From Eledone cirrhosa (lineage: Eukaryota), in contig CAXHJY010000685.1 of the NCBI GenBank assembly GCA_964016885.1, forward strand, positions 1 through 24,064: DNA of 24,064 nucleotides, given 5' to 3'. The position numbers and the translations under genes are program-made. The notes under the pieces are model-generated. The model saw only the letters and a program-made list of their open reading frames with translations. It did no database searches and was not told the DNA's origin. Shown one piece after another: positions 9,178 to 19,697 of this stretch. Each line of letters starts with the position of its first letter. Position 1 is the stretch's first letter.

Positions 9178-9888
9178 GATAAAACAAACTACCAGTAATA
9201 CACTGGGGTCAATTTTATCGACTTCCCATTCCCCTTCAAATTGCTGACTTTGTGCCTAAAGTAGAAACAATTATTACTCTTAAGGCGGGGAATTGGCAGA
9301 ACGTTGGACAGAATCCTTTGCAGTATTTAGTTACATCCCATTACATTTTAAGTTCAAATCTTGCCAAGGTTAGCTTTGCCTTTCATCCTTATGTGATTGA
9401 TAAAATAAAGTACCAGTAATGCACTGCTGTTGATTTAATCGACTTTCTCCTCCCCCAAAGTTGGCCTTATGCCAAAATCAGAAAAAGCAGTATTAGTAAT
9501 TGAAATAAGGATGGTGGAGCATCAGACACCCTGCTTTGTGGCATATAGCTATGGTCATTTAAGTTCTGAGTTGAAATCCCGCCAAGGTTAGCTTTGCCTT
9601 ACAGGGTCAATAAAATAAAGTACCAGTAACACCCTGGGGTTCAGTTAAACAACTTTCCCCTCCCCCCAAATTGTTGGCCTTGTGTCTAATTCAGAAACCA
9701 AGAGCGGTAGATTGGCAGTATCGGTAGAGGGTCGGACGCTATGCTTTGATGCATAGAGTTACGGCCCTTGCCATTCTGAGTTCGAATCCCGATGAGGTCA
9801 ACTTTGCCTTTCATCCTTACGGGGTCGATAAAATAAAGTACCAGTAATGCACTGGGTAATTGCTGCCAAAAAGGTAGAAACAATTATT
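9178..9888 (+). mobile_element. Tandem cluster of 3-4 tRNA-derived SINE copies of the same family
   Basis: Copies at ~9282-9485, ~9510-9695 and ~9700-9885 plus a partial one at 9178-9270. Each has a B-box-like GTT(C/G)AAATC, CTTTGCCTT, GATAAAATAAAGTACCAGTAA and a TTGTGCC...AGAAAC end. Confidence 0.85.
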
Positions 9889-10164
9889 AAATAAATACAT
9901 CATATTCTAACAATGTGATGATAGCAATGTCGTCGGGGAGAGAAACACTTGTGTTAAAACAGTTTTGGTTAGTTCCAGGTCAGCTCTGATCAATCTGACA
10001 TATGATCGAATGTGTTCCTGCTAAAACCATCTCTTTTTTCCTCTTTTGTTTGTTTTTGGAGGGTGGAAGTAAAGGGATATTTAGGAATTCTATACCCAAT
10101 GTATCGCCATCCCCTACTCCCTTTGGCCTTGTGCCAAAAGTAGAAACAATTATATATATATATA

Positions 10165-10542
10165 TCTTCATCATCATCATCACCGTTTTACGCCCGTTCT
10201 TCCACGCTAGCATGGGTTAGACGGGTTGTCCTGTTGTGGGCAGTGTCCGGTTGGCTGACCTTGTCTTGCTCATATGGGAACTGATTCTGGCTTGATTTTT
10301 ACAGCTGGATGCCCTTCCTAACACCAACCTCATTTACAGTGAGTGCTGGGTGTTTTTTTGCCATGGCACCTCCACGACCATTTTGCAGTGGAATGATAGG
10401 GACCCCAGTCCCTATCATCTCATTTCTACAGCTGTGTAAACTGGAGCAATGTGAAATAAAGTGTCTTGCTCAAGGAAACAACACATCACCCGGTCTGAGA
10501 ATTGAACTCACAACCTTTCGATTGCAAGCCCAATGTTCTAAC
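10165..10542 (-). mobile_element. tRNA-derived SINE with RTE-type tail, near full length
   Basis: Minus strand begins GAAGGCGCATGGCTTAGTGGTTAGAACATTGG (A box) ... GAGTTCAATTCTC (B box) and ends CCCATGCTAGCGTGGAAGAACGGGCGTAAAACGGTGATGATGATG. Confidence 0.85.
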
Positions 10543-10764
10543 CACTAAGCCATGCGCCTTCATATATATATATATATTGTTTTAAAAACACCATAGCACA
10601 TTGGGAGGTGGTGAGTTGATGACATTTTGGGGGTAACCTGATCACATGTGACTTCAACAGAAATGTGATATTGACATTTTCAGTTGCATCCCGCAGATTT
10701 TAACTCTTCATTCTTTATTTCTTTTATTAGGTATTTCAATGTCGCTATTTCTGGCTACACAAAC

Positions 10765-10960
10765 ACATCATCACCCTCACTGTCATCACTGACATCACCA
10801 TCGCTATCATCATTGTCAATATCATCATCTTCATCGTCGACATTGTCATCACCATCATAGTCATCATCATCATCATTATCATCATCACCGTCACAACCAT
10901 TATCATCATCATCACCATTGTGTAATGTCCATTTTCCACACTTGCCTGGGTTAAACGGGT
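10765..10960 (-). repeat. (CAT)n-like degenerate tail of a minus-strand SINE end
   Basis: ATC/ACC trinucleotide run followed by ATGTCCATTTTCCACACTTGCCTGGGTTAAACGGG, the reverse complement of the SINE tail. Confidence 0.7.
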
Positions 10961-11002
10961 TTTATCCTGTTTATTATTTTTATTATTTTTCTCAAGAAAA
11001 AG

Positions 11003-11430
11003 GGCAGTGGATTGGCAGTATCAGTAGAGAGTTGGACACCATGCTGCAGCATAGAGTTATGGTCCTTTAACCCTTTAGCATTCACATTATTCTATATATA
11101 CTATTATATTTTCATGGTAAAGGTTTTACCTCACATAATATCGAATCTATGAGATTTTGAAAGTATTTATTTTGAGAACAATACCTTAACATCAGTATGA
11201 GTGGCCAGTTACAGCCAGTTTCAACAGAAAGAGGTAGAGAATTCTGGCCGGTTTTGGCCGGTTTGAACATTAAAGGGTTAAGGTCTGATTTCAAATCCCA
11301 CTGAGGTTAACTTTCCCTTTCATCCTTACGGGGTCGATAAAATAAAGTACCAGTAATGTACTGGGGTTGATTTAATCACCTTTCCCCTCCCCTCAAATTA
11401 CTGGCCTTGTGCCTATAGTAGAAATCATTA
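11003..11430 (+). mobile_element. tRNA-derived SINE interrupted by a MITE
   Basis: 5' half 11003-11070 and 3' half 11282-11430 join to match the 9700-9885 copy. Confidence 0.85.
11071..11277. mobile_element. piggyBac-type MITE
   Basis: TTAA duplication (11067-11070, 11278-11281); termini CCCTTTAGCATTCA...TGAACATTAAAGGG; inverted homologue of 4289-4792 and 15650-15855. Confidence 0.9.
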
Positions 11431-11479
11431 TTTTTCTTAAGAAAACATTCACCATTCTATACTTGTGTTCATCAATAAA

Positions 11480-11835
11480 GCATTCCTAATAAAATCAATA
11501 ATTATGAGAGATTTAGAGATGGTGGGGACACAACACTATGGTAAAGGACGTGCATCTACATGTGTGAACACAGATACAGCCCCGGTGGACAGGATGGAGT
11601 AGGCGTTCCCACGGAGGACGGCAAGGGAGACGCGCTGGAAAAGCCACTCCCACTTGCGGGGTTCACACTTGCGGTTGGCCAGCTCAGCACCTATGGTGGT
11701 GAGTAGGGAGGTAGCCCTAGGGCCTATGACACCAGAAGTCTCCACTGCCGGGGTTACACCCGCAAAACCTGTCGGAGAGCGACCGGTATTTGAGGAGCTT
11801 GGCCTCCTCAGCCCGACATGCAGCAGAACCTGGGT
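11480..11835 (-). mobile_element. CRE-like non-LTR retrotransposon 3' fragment (restriction-like endonuclease region), frameshifted
   Basis: Minus translation PGSAACRAEEAKLLKYRSLSDRF / PAVETSGVIGPRATSLLTTIGAELANRKCEPRKWEWLFQRVSLAVLRGNAYSIL matches the AE-x2-K-x2-KY...ET-x-G...QR-x-S-x-AV-x-RGNA pattern of CRE-type elements; locally GC-rich. Confidence 0.75.
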
Positions 11836-11934
11836 TAGTAGTAAACTAACTAATTCTTCTTTATTAAGTTGGTTTAGATGAGCTTTCCAATTTGAAGCAA
11901 GTCAGGTGAGGTGACCATGTCTTGGTCACACAGA

Positions 11935-12570
11935 ACTGTTTTTCGATTAGTTTCTATGGCTAGATGCCATTCCTAACACCAACCACATTTACAGTGTGTG
12001 CGTGTTGGGTGCTTTTTGTTGTGTCACCAACATGACCACTTTACAGTGAGGACTGCGTGCTTTTTGTATTGACATCTACACGACCACTTCACAGTGTGTA
12101 CTGGGGGGGCTTTTTGTATTGACACCTACATGGTCCACACTGTAAATGTGGTTGGTGTTAGGAAGGGCATCAAGCCATAAAAAACCTGCCAGATAGTCCT
12201 ATATGAGAGAGTTATGGTCACCCAACCAACCTTGCCTCAAGTGGGACAACTCCCGTCTATCACATGCTAGCATGGAAGATGGACGTTAAACGATGATGAT
12301 GATGATCACTTTACAGTGTGGACCAGGGGCTTTTTGTCATGACATCTACACAACCACTTTACAGTGTGGCTGGGGGATTTTCGTTGTGACACCTACATGA
12401 CCACTTTACAGTGTGGCTGGGGGGTTTTCGTTGTGACACCTACATGACCACTTTACAGTGTGGACCAGGGGTTTTTGTCATGACATCTACACAACCACTT
12501 TACAGTGTGGCTGGGAGTTTTTTGTCATGACACCTACATGACTGCTTTAGAGTGTGGACTGGGTACTGAA
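11935..12570. mobile_element. Minus SINE remnant with ~51-bp internal tandem repeats, interrupted by a plus SINE tail (12136-12306)
   Basis: Repeats of ACCACTTTACAGTGTGG...GACACCTACATG; inserted block GTGGTTGGTGTTAGGAAGGGCA...GGACGTTAAACGATGATGATGAT. Confidence 0.7.
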
Positions 12571-12669
12571 GCAGGGGTGTAAAGGTATGGGAGAAGGGTG
12601 GTGTGATCAGATGTGGGTGGGATGTTAGGGCACGGGAGATGTATGGAAGAGGGAGGGAATGGAAGGATA

Positions 12670-12929
12670 TATATGTGTGTGGGTGTGTGGGTGTGTGTGA
12701 GTGTGAGAGTGTGTGAGTGTGTGTGTCAGTGTGAGAGTGTGTGAGTGTGAGTGTGTCAGTGTGAGAGTGTGTATGAGTGTGAGTGTGTCAGTGTGAGTGA
12801 GTGTGTGTGTCAGTGTGAGTGAGTGTGTGTGTGTGAGTGTGTCAGTATGTGTGTGAGTGTGTGTATCAGTGTGAGTGTGAATGTGTGTGAGTGTGTGTAT
12901 CAGTGTGAGTGTGAATGTGTATCAGTGTG

Positions 12930-12991
<62 letters not shown>
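12670..12991. repeat. (TG)n/(TGAG)n microsatellite
   Basis: Direct reading. Confidence 0.95.
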
Positions 12992-12994
<3 letters not shown>

Positions 12995-13045
12995 TATTTT
13001 TTTTACTAATTTCACTAGTTTTACTGCTGGTGTACCATCTTTTAG

Positions 13046-13121
13046 AATGAAGATAATTGGCCGGCGTTTATGTTATAAAAAACGAAGTGAACCTGGACAG
13101 GATTTGACAAAATACCCCACA
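13046..13121 (+). CDS. Candidate exon of an unidentified nested antisense gene
   Basis: Branch-like TACTAAT (13004-13010), acceptor ccatcttttag. Only one frame is open: xMKIIGRRLCYKKRSEPGQDLTKYPT. Donor gtatct is weak. CpG-rich relative to flanks. Confidence 0.3.
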
Positions 13122-13369
13122 GTATCTTCTCATATGCTCTACTATCATATATACCTAAATATAAGCCAACTCCACTATTTCATGTCTGAGAAATGGGCAA
13201 AATTCCAAACTCTGTTAATAAGCCAAGGCAGCTAATCAACACATTATGTTTAGATGGTGAATATCATTGATTTCTTTTGGTCACATATTCTTCAGCTTAT
13301 ATTTGAGTACATACTATAATTCTGATATCCACCTGTATAACAGATGACACATACACGTGTGTGTGTGTA

Positions 13370-13402
<33 letters not shown>

Positions 13403-14049
13403 ATGACCTATATTTTTACCACTGGTGATATTATAAGGCAAGTCATGTCATCTGCCACCTCATATTTTCACAATCACCACCACTGACATACTGTCACCTG
13501 TACAAATACAATCTCTAAAGCATTGAATATTATAAAGAACAGCTTTTGAAGTTAAGTGAACATAAAAAAGATAACATTTGTTAAGTGTGACACAACAACT
13601 ATTTGTTGACCAGCTCCTCAAACACTTGTTTTTGTCCTAACAATAAGAATTTTAAAGTCATGCTAAAACTGATTGAAGTTCAGTTCTTGTAAGTAAAAAA
13701 AAAAAAAAAAAAAAAAAGAAAGAAAAATGGCATGGGAAATCATTGACATTCAATCTGACATTTCAAAGATGTAATAGTAAATATTTTAAGTTTTATATAA
13801 CTTGTTTCTTTTTTGTTTCATTGATTACTACCCCTGTTGACAACAAAAGGTTTCTCTCTGTGAGATATATGAAATATATACAGAAGATATGCAAAGGCTG
13901 AAGAGAAGCAAGCCTGCTTCATTGGATGTGTAATGTTAATATGTATGAATGGAAAAGCATGTATGAGCTGAGATAACTGGGTATAATGGTGATGCCCCAG
14001 CATGGCCTTATCATGTCGTCTGTAACATATAATAGAGTAATAGAGTAGC

Positions 14050-14272
14050 CTGATGTAATGTGAAAGAGAAAAGACTGTGCTGGTATGGACATGTTGTACA
14101 TGATCATTGTGTGAAGAAATGCCAAGAGATCACAGTGGAAGGAAGTTGTGGTAGAGGATGACCAAGGAAGACCTGGGCAGAAGAGATAAATGTAACAAAT
14201 GGAAGGAGTCTGTGTTGGAAAAGACATGTCCAACCCATGAAAACATGGAAAATTCTGTAAAAGTATGATGAA
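14050..14272 (+). mobile_element. Degenerate RTE 3' fragment plus SINE-type tail
   Basis: AAAAGACTGTGCTGGTATGGACATGT (R-L-x-W-Y-G-H-V) ... GACCAAGGAAGACCTGG (R-P-R-K-T-W), followed by TGTCCAACCCATGAAAACATGGAAAA. Confidence 0.6.
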
Positions 14273-14415
14273 GACTTTCGTTTTTCTCTTTCTATCCAAC
14301 CTCAACATAATTTAGGCAATTTTGGCATAGCTTTTGATGGTTCCACTTAGTTGCATTGTATTATAGTGTAAGTAATTGGCTGAGTATTCCATAGACACCT
14401 GTACTAGTCAAAATA

Positions 14416-14649
14416 ACCCCTTTAGTTACCAACCCAGACCAAAACAGGCTCTAGTCCTATGAAATAAAACCACCCATTATAAAGGTTTCCAATTTTAAAA
14501 CCTTCCAACATAATTTTATATAAGAACCTTACATTAAGTTACTATCTTAGTAATGAAATAATTAATAATTTTAGTAAAGCCTTCAACATTCTTCATTAAT
14601 TAATTAAAATAGAATGTATTTCATTAGAAATGTTGTTATGAAAGGGTTA
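14416..14649. mobile_element. Probable degenerate piggyBac-type MITE of a second family
   Basis: Starts AACCCCTTTAGTTACC, ends GTTATGAAAGGGTTAA; internal AAAACCTTCCAACATAAT is related in reverse to 21400-21500. Confidence 0.45.
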
Positions 14650-14705
14650 AAATAATCTTCAAGTAGATACAGCATGATATGTGAGTGAAACAAGCTTGGA
14701 CCTCT

Positions 14706-15199
14706 GAATTACAGGTAGAATTGTACTAGTAATTTGTATTATACCTGTAATTTGTATTAGAGGTAGAATTATACCTGTAATTTGTATTATACCTGTAATT
14801 TGTATTACAGGTAGAATTCTACCTGTTGTTCCTATTGCAGGTAGAATTATACCTGTAATTTGTATTACAGGTAGAATTGTACCTGTAATTTGTATTACAG
14901 GTAGAATTGTACCTGTAATTTATATTAGAGGTAGAATTATACCTGTTATTCCTATTACAGGTAGAATTATACCTGTTATTTGTATTACAGGTAGAATTGT
15001 ACCTGTAATTTGTATTAGAGGTAGAATTGTACTAGTAATTTGTATTATACCTGTAATTTGTATTAGAGGTAGAATTATACCTGTTATTCCTATTACAGGT
15101 AGAATTATACCTGTTATTTGTATTACAGGTAGAATTGTACCTGTAATACAAATTACAGGTAGAATTGTACCTGTTATTTGTATAACAGGTACAATTATA
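14706..15199. repeat. 30-bp palindromic minisatellite
   Basis: Unit ACCTGTAATTTGTATTACAGGTAGAATTGT contains TACCTGTAAT-TTGT-ATTACAGGTA, a 10-bp perfect stem with a 4-nt loop. Confidence 0.95.
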
Positions 15200-15315
15200 G
15201 ACTGTTGAAGTAATAGTAACTTTATGTGAATATGTCTTTCTTGTCATTAATTATTGAACTGAAACAAACCAGTTTTTACTTTTAGTGAGGATAGAAGAAA
15301 GTTTGTTTTCTACAG

Positions 15316-15434
15316 ATATTTTCTAAAGAGATGCACGAACACCACAAGTGTTTATCGGTCGATATAGAGTTCCTTGCCAATGGGATCTGTATACCTACAG
15401 TCATGTTATGTTTAATCCATCACGAGGAAAGGAA
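15316..15434 (+). CDS. Candidate exon of an unidentified nested antisense gene
   Basis: Acceptor gtttgttttctacag, donor AA|gtgagt. Only phase 0 is open: IFSKEMHEHHKCLSVDIEFLANGICIPTVMLCLIHHEER. Phase-compatible with 13046-13121. Confidence 0.35.
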
Positions 15435-15649
15435 GTGAGTGGGAAGTTTGCCTCCAGATATAATCATGACCATAAAATGAGGAAGTCACATCTCAAAAAC
15501 ATTTTTTTTTATTGTAACCAATGCTTTGGGCAGTTGAACTGTTTTAACATTTTCATCAACCAAATAAACAGTATCAGATATTGATAATATCACAGTTGCC
15601 AACATAGAACATATATTGTGAACAATCAAATAAGAAAAATCTGCTTAAC

Positions 15650-15855
15650 CCTTTAGCATTTAAACTGGCCATATCCGGCCAGATTTCTCTCACTTCTTTC
15701 AGTTTGGCCGCTCATACTTATGTTAAGGTATTGTTCCCAAAATAAACAATATAAAAATCTTATTGATTCAATATTATGTGAAATAATTATGTGAGGTAAA
15801 GCCTTCAACATGAAAATATAATAGTATATATAGAGTAATGTGAATGGTAAAGAGT
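15650..15855. mobile_element. piggyBac-type MITE
   Basis: TTAA-CCCTTTAGCATTTAAACTGGCC...GTGAATGGTAAAGAG-TTAA; same family as 4289-4792. Confidence 0.85.
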
Positions 15856-15875
15856 TAATCACTTGTATTGGCTTT

Positions 15876-16328
15876 CACACTGTCAACTGGAACACTTGTA
15901 TCAGGATGTCACACTGTCAACTACAGCTGTAACAAGATGTCACACTGTCAACTACAGCTGTAACAAGATGCCACACTGTCAACTACAGCTGTAACAGGAT
16001 GTCACACTCTCAACTACACCTGTATGAGGATGTCACACTGTCAGCTACACCTTATCAGGATGTCACACTGTCAACTGCTACACCTGTAACAGGATGTTGG
16101 ACTGTCAATTACACCAGTAACAGGATGTCACACTGTCAACTGCACCTGTCACAAAGTGTCACACTGTCAACTACACCTGTCACAAAGTGTCACACTGTCA
16201 ACTACACCTGTAACAAGATGTCACACTGTCAACTACACCTGTAACAAGATGTCACACTGTCAACTACACCTGTGACAATGTATCACACTGTCAACCCCTA
16301 AACCTGTAACAAGATGTCACACTGTCAA
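15876..16328. repeat. 31-bp minisatellite, ~14 copies
   Basis: Unit GATGTCACACTGTCAACTACACCTGTAACAA. Confidence 0.95.
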
Positions 16329-16407
16329 ACAAGTATATAAGAGTCCATTCTCTTAATGTTGGACATCATATAAGTGTGTGTAACTACGCTGGCTGAAAAG
16401 TACATAG

Positions 16408-16558
16408 TCTGACCAAGTTACTCTCATGGAATGACCAAATGAGGTTTATTTTTCAGCATAGTCCTTGGAAAAAAACAAGATTTGAAATTAATGCAAGATT
16501 CACAGCTCTAACATCACTCCTTCATAGGATGACCAAGATACTCCCATGGAACGACCAT
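16408..16558 (+). repeat. Dispersed ~137-bp repeat also present in tandem at 21981-22250
   Basis: GACCAAG(T/A)TACTCTCATGGAATGACCAAATGAGGTTTATTTTTCA...GAAATTAATGCAAGATT...CACAGCTCTA shared. Confidence 0.8.
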
Positions 16559-16652
16559 AGTAGTTTGCCTAGCAGGTAAACCTATTTTAGTGCTAAAGAA
16601 AACTCCTTTTGTCTACCAATTGAAACAGTAACAGACTTTTGTAAGGATCCCT

Positions 16653-16818
16653 CCACACACACAAACACACAGACATATATACAAACACTCTCACACACAT
16701 ACACACACACACTCACAGAGACACACAGACATATACACACGCATGCATACAAATACACATACACATAGATATATACACACTGACACACACACATGCATAC
16801 AAATACACATACACACAG

Positions 16819-16848
<30 letters not shown>
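16653..16848. repeat. (CA)n microsatellite
   Basis: Direct reading. Confidence 0.95.
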
Positions 16849-16849
<1 letters not shown>

Positions 16850-17271
16850 AATATTTGTTATGCCTCCACTTTACACCATAGTATATATATATGTTTAACA
16901 GTGTCTGCTAAAATGTGTTAAGGATGTTGAAAAGTAAATGTGATAAGTTATCTTTACAACTTATCACCTTATTACATCACTTTGGGGAAAGAATGAGATG
17001 TAAAGCCTGAATAACATAAAATAGAGAATATGGCTTAAAGATGTTAAAAGATAGGTGAAGAATGGACACATTGAGTAAGCAGGTGAGAATAAAAGAGTTT
17101 GTAATGCAGTCTGGAAGAATGTTGGCGAAGAATTGGTTTAAAGAAGCTGGTGAGATATGTCAGCGACTGTTGATTGATTGTCAAACTAAAGAATACATGC
17201 AGTTATCTTATTGAAATATAGGAATACCTACAGCAAGTAAAGAATGGTAAGAAATATAAGATAATGTTGAT

Positions 17272-17287
17272 ACTACTACTACTGCTG

Positions 17288-17334
<47 letters not shown>

Positions 17335-17416
17335 GCCACTACTATTACTACCACCACCACCACCACTACTACCACCACTACTACTACTACTGCCACTACT
17401 ACTACTACTACTACTG

Positions 17417-17451
<35 letters not shown>

Positions 17452-17670
17452 GCCACTTCCACTACTACTACTACTACTACTGCCACTACTACTACTACTG
17501 CCACTTCCACTACTACTACTACTACTTCCACTACTACTACTACTTCCACTACTACTACTACTACTACTACTTCCACTACTGCTGCTGCTACTAGTGCTGC
17601 TACTAGTGCTGCTACTACTACTGCTACTAGTGCTGCTACTACTACTGCTACTGCTACTAATAATAATAAT
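17272..17670. repeat. (CTA)n/(CCA)n/(CTG)n trinucleotide microsatellite ending in (AAT)n
   Basis: Direct reading; source of the poly-Ser/Val/Leu ORFs. Confidence 0.95.
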
Positions 17671-17776
17671 AATTGTTTCTACTTTTGGCACAAGGCCAGC
17701 AATTATCCCAGTGTATTACTGGTACTTTATTTTATTGACCCTGTAAGGATGAAAGGCAAAGTTAACCTCGGCGGCA
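17671..17776 (-). mobile_element. 5'-truncated tRNA-derived SINE copy
   Basis: Reverse complement of the SINE body: AAGGATGAAAGGCAAAGTTAACCTCGGCGG and ACTGGTACTTTATTTTATTGACCC. Confidence 0.8.
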
Positions 17777-17780
17777 TAAT

Positions 17781-18040
17781 GGTTTCATTTGTTGGCCACA
17801 AGGGCCGACATATAGGGGACAATACAAAAGACAGGGACAGTGGGGGGAGGGGGGTTTACACAAATATCAAGTAAAAGATAGGAAAACAATAACAATTAAC
17901 AAGAAAAATACAACAATGAAAATTCCCCAATAGGAGGGATAACCACCCAGGGTTGATTCAGGGACCCCACCAATCCTGAACCACCCGACGCTTCGAGGGC
18001 ACCTGGGAAGGGCACCCCTCTCCTCCTCAAATTCACCAGC
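17781..18040 (-). mobile_element. L1/Tx1-like LINE 3'-UTR fragment (copy 1)
   Basis: Close match to 19700-19957. Confidence 0.75.
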
Positions 18041-18130
18041 CTAATAATAATAATGATAACAACAATAACAACAACAATAATTGACACCCGGCATGATTTG
18101 GGAAAGAAGCAGAACTCAAAGGAAGTTTCA

Positions 18131-18161
<31 letters not shown>

Positions 18162-18663
18162 CTGCTTTCTTTATTAACCACAAGGGTTTACACAAAGTAG
18201 ACATTAAGGACAGTACAGGACAATACAAATGGGCATTTCTGTGTGTAAAAAACCCCCCAAAAAACAGAGGATGTAATAAAAGAACAATGAAAAAAAATTC
18301 CCCAATAGGGGGGAGACTTCCGAGGGACATTCGTGGAGAAAGCCAATTAAAAAAGCCACAGTGACCCTGACCACCAGGGCAAGTGCCCTCTCCCAGTTTT
18401 CCACCTTTAATTTACAGGCACATACTCAGAGTAGGCCCATTCACTCGGGCCATTCTTGCCTCTCTCACCCATCTTCCAACAAAATGCTGGGAAGAGAGCA
18501 TTTCCCTCTCTACCCTGATTTTCCTTTTCAAATGAAATTTGAAAAGGTTTATCAGGGTTCACCAAAGAGGTAAGTGCTCATCTTCAGCCCTTTCAGACGT
18601 GTCCACCATACTATCTCTTTCGCCATGGCCACGAGACAGATAAAAACTGCCTGCCCTTCCCGG
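18162..18663 (-). mobile_element. L1/Tx1-like LINE 3' fragment (copy 2)
   Basis: Minus translation REGQAVFICLVAMAKEIVWWTRLKGLKMSTYLFGEP is homologous to the 19958-20412 ORF end; bounded by (AAT)n on both sides. Confidence 0.8.
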
Positions 18664-18738
18664 CTAATAATAATAATAATAATAATGATAATAATAATAA
18701 TATTAACAATAATGATAATAGTAATAATAATAATAATG

Positions 18739-19045
18739 GTTTCTTTATTGGCCACAAGGGCTAACATGAGGAAAAACATTAGAGACGGCACAGAACAGTA
18801 CAGGACGTACAAAGTGGGTTTTGGTCGTGTAAACAGGTTATAACAAAATTGGGCTAGAAGTCAAAAAAATTCAAACAACAAAAATTCCCCAAGAAAGGGG
18901 AAACCTCCGAGGGTCACTCGTGGTGAAAACTGCACAAAAGCGCCCTCTCTCACTTTTCCCATTCCTCAGTCTACAGGCGCATACGCAGAGTGGGCCCATT
19001 CACTCGGACCAGACTCGCCACTTTCACCCACCTTTCCACAAACTT
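18739..19045 (-). mobile_element. L1/Tx1-like LINE 3' fragment (copy 3)
   Basis: TTTATTGGCCACAAGGGC 3' end and CTACAGGCGCATACGCAGAGTGGGCCCATTCAC stop region shared with the other copies. Confidence 0.75.
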
Positions 19046-19054
19046 ACTAGAATA

Positions 19055-19200
19055 ATAATTTTTTCTACTTTTGGCACAAGGCCAGCAATTACTCAGTACA
19101 TTACTGGTACTTTATTTTATCGACCCCCGTAAGGATGAAAGGCAAAGTTGACCTCGGCGGGATTTGAACTCAGAATGGAAAGGCCCGTAACTATGCGTCA
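19055..19200 (-). mobile_element. tRNA-derived SINE, truncated
   Basis: Same family as 9700-9885, reversed. Confidence 0.85.
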
Positions 19201-19203
19201 ATA

Positions 19204-19470
19204 CTAAAAAGGATTTGGAACTGCCATGAGATCAAGGTTGTCCTGATTGTCATCGGAGCACTAGGTACTATCTCAAAGAGTTTCCAAGGATGGTTAAAGC
19301 CCCGTTTTTTGGAACACTTCAAAAGGCATGCTTGCTGGGAACAGCAAGAACCCTCCGATACGTCCTGAATATCTGAGGCTGCAGGTAGTGGCTTGTTATA
19401 CATTTCAACAAACCTTCCAGTTAAATAACATCAATGACTGAGACTCAAAGAACAATAATAATAATAATAA
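19204..19470 (+). mobile_element. R4/Dong-like non-LTR retrotransposon 3' fragment with (AAT)n tail
   Basis: Translation LKRIWNCHEIKVVLIVIGALGTISKSFQGWLK / LQKACLLGTARTLRYVLNI* matches the V-x-P-I-V-I-G-A-L-G...L-Q-K-x2-L-L-G-T-A-R end of R4/Dong elements. Confidence 0.8.
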
Positions 19471-19660
19471 TTGTTTCTACTTTTGGCACAAGGCCAGCAA
19501 TTACCCAGTACATTACTGGTACTTTATTTTATCAACCCCGTAAGGATGAAAGGCAAAGTTAACCTCGGCAGGATTTGAACTCAGACCCTAAAGGGCCGTA
19601 ACTCTTTGCTGCAAGGCATGGCGTCAGACCCTCTACCGATACTGCCAATCCACCGCCCTT
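19471..19660 (-). mobile_element. Full-length tRNA-derived SINE
   Basis: Minus: AAGGGCGGTGGATTGGCAGTATCGGTAGAGGG (A-box region) ... GAGTTCAAATCC (B box) ... CTTGTGCCAAAAGTAGAAACAATT. Confidence 0.88.
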
Positions 19661-19697
19661 ACAACAACAACAACAACAATAATAATAATAATAATAA

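Noticed and set aside
9700-9792. tRNA gene (A and B boxes)
   Set aside because: No cloverleaf; it is the head of a multi-copy SINE.
10710-10860. Strong plus-strand acceptor at 10730 followed by a Ser-rich or Ile-rich frame
   Set aside because: Runs straight into the (CAT)n tail of a minus-strand SINE; no donor and no recognisable protein.
17203-17746. Poly-Ser/Gly, poly-Val and poly-Leu ORFs
   Set aside because: (CTA)n trinucleotide repeat open in several frames and continuous with a SINE tail.
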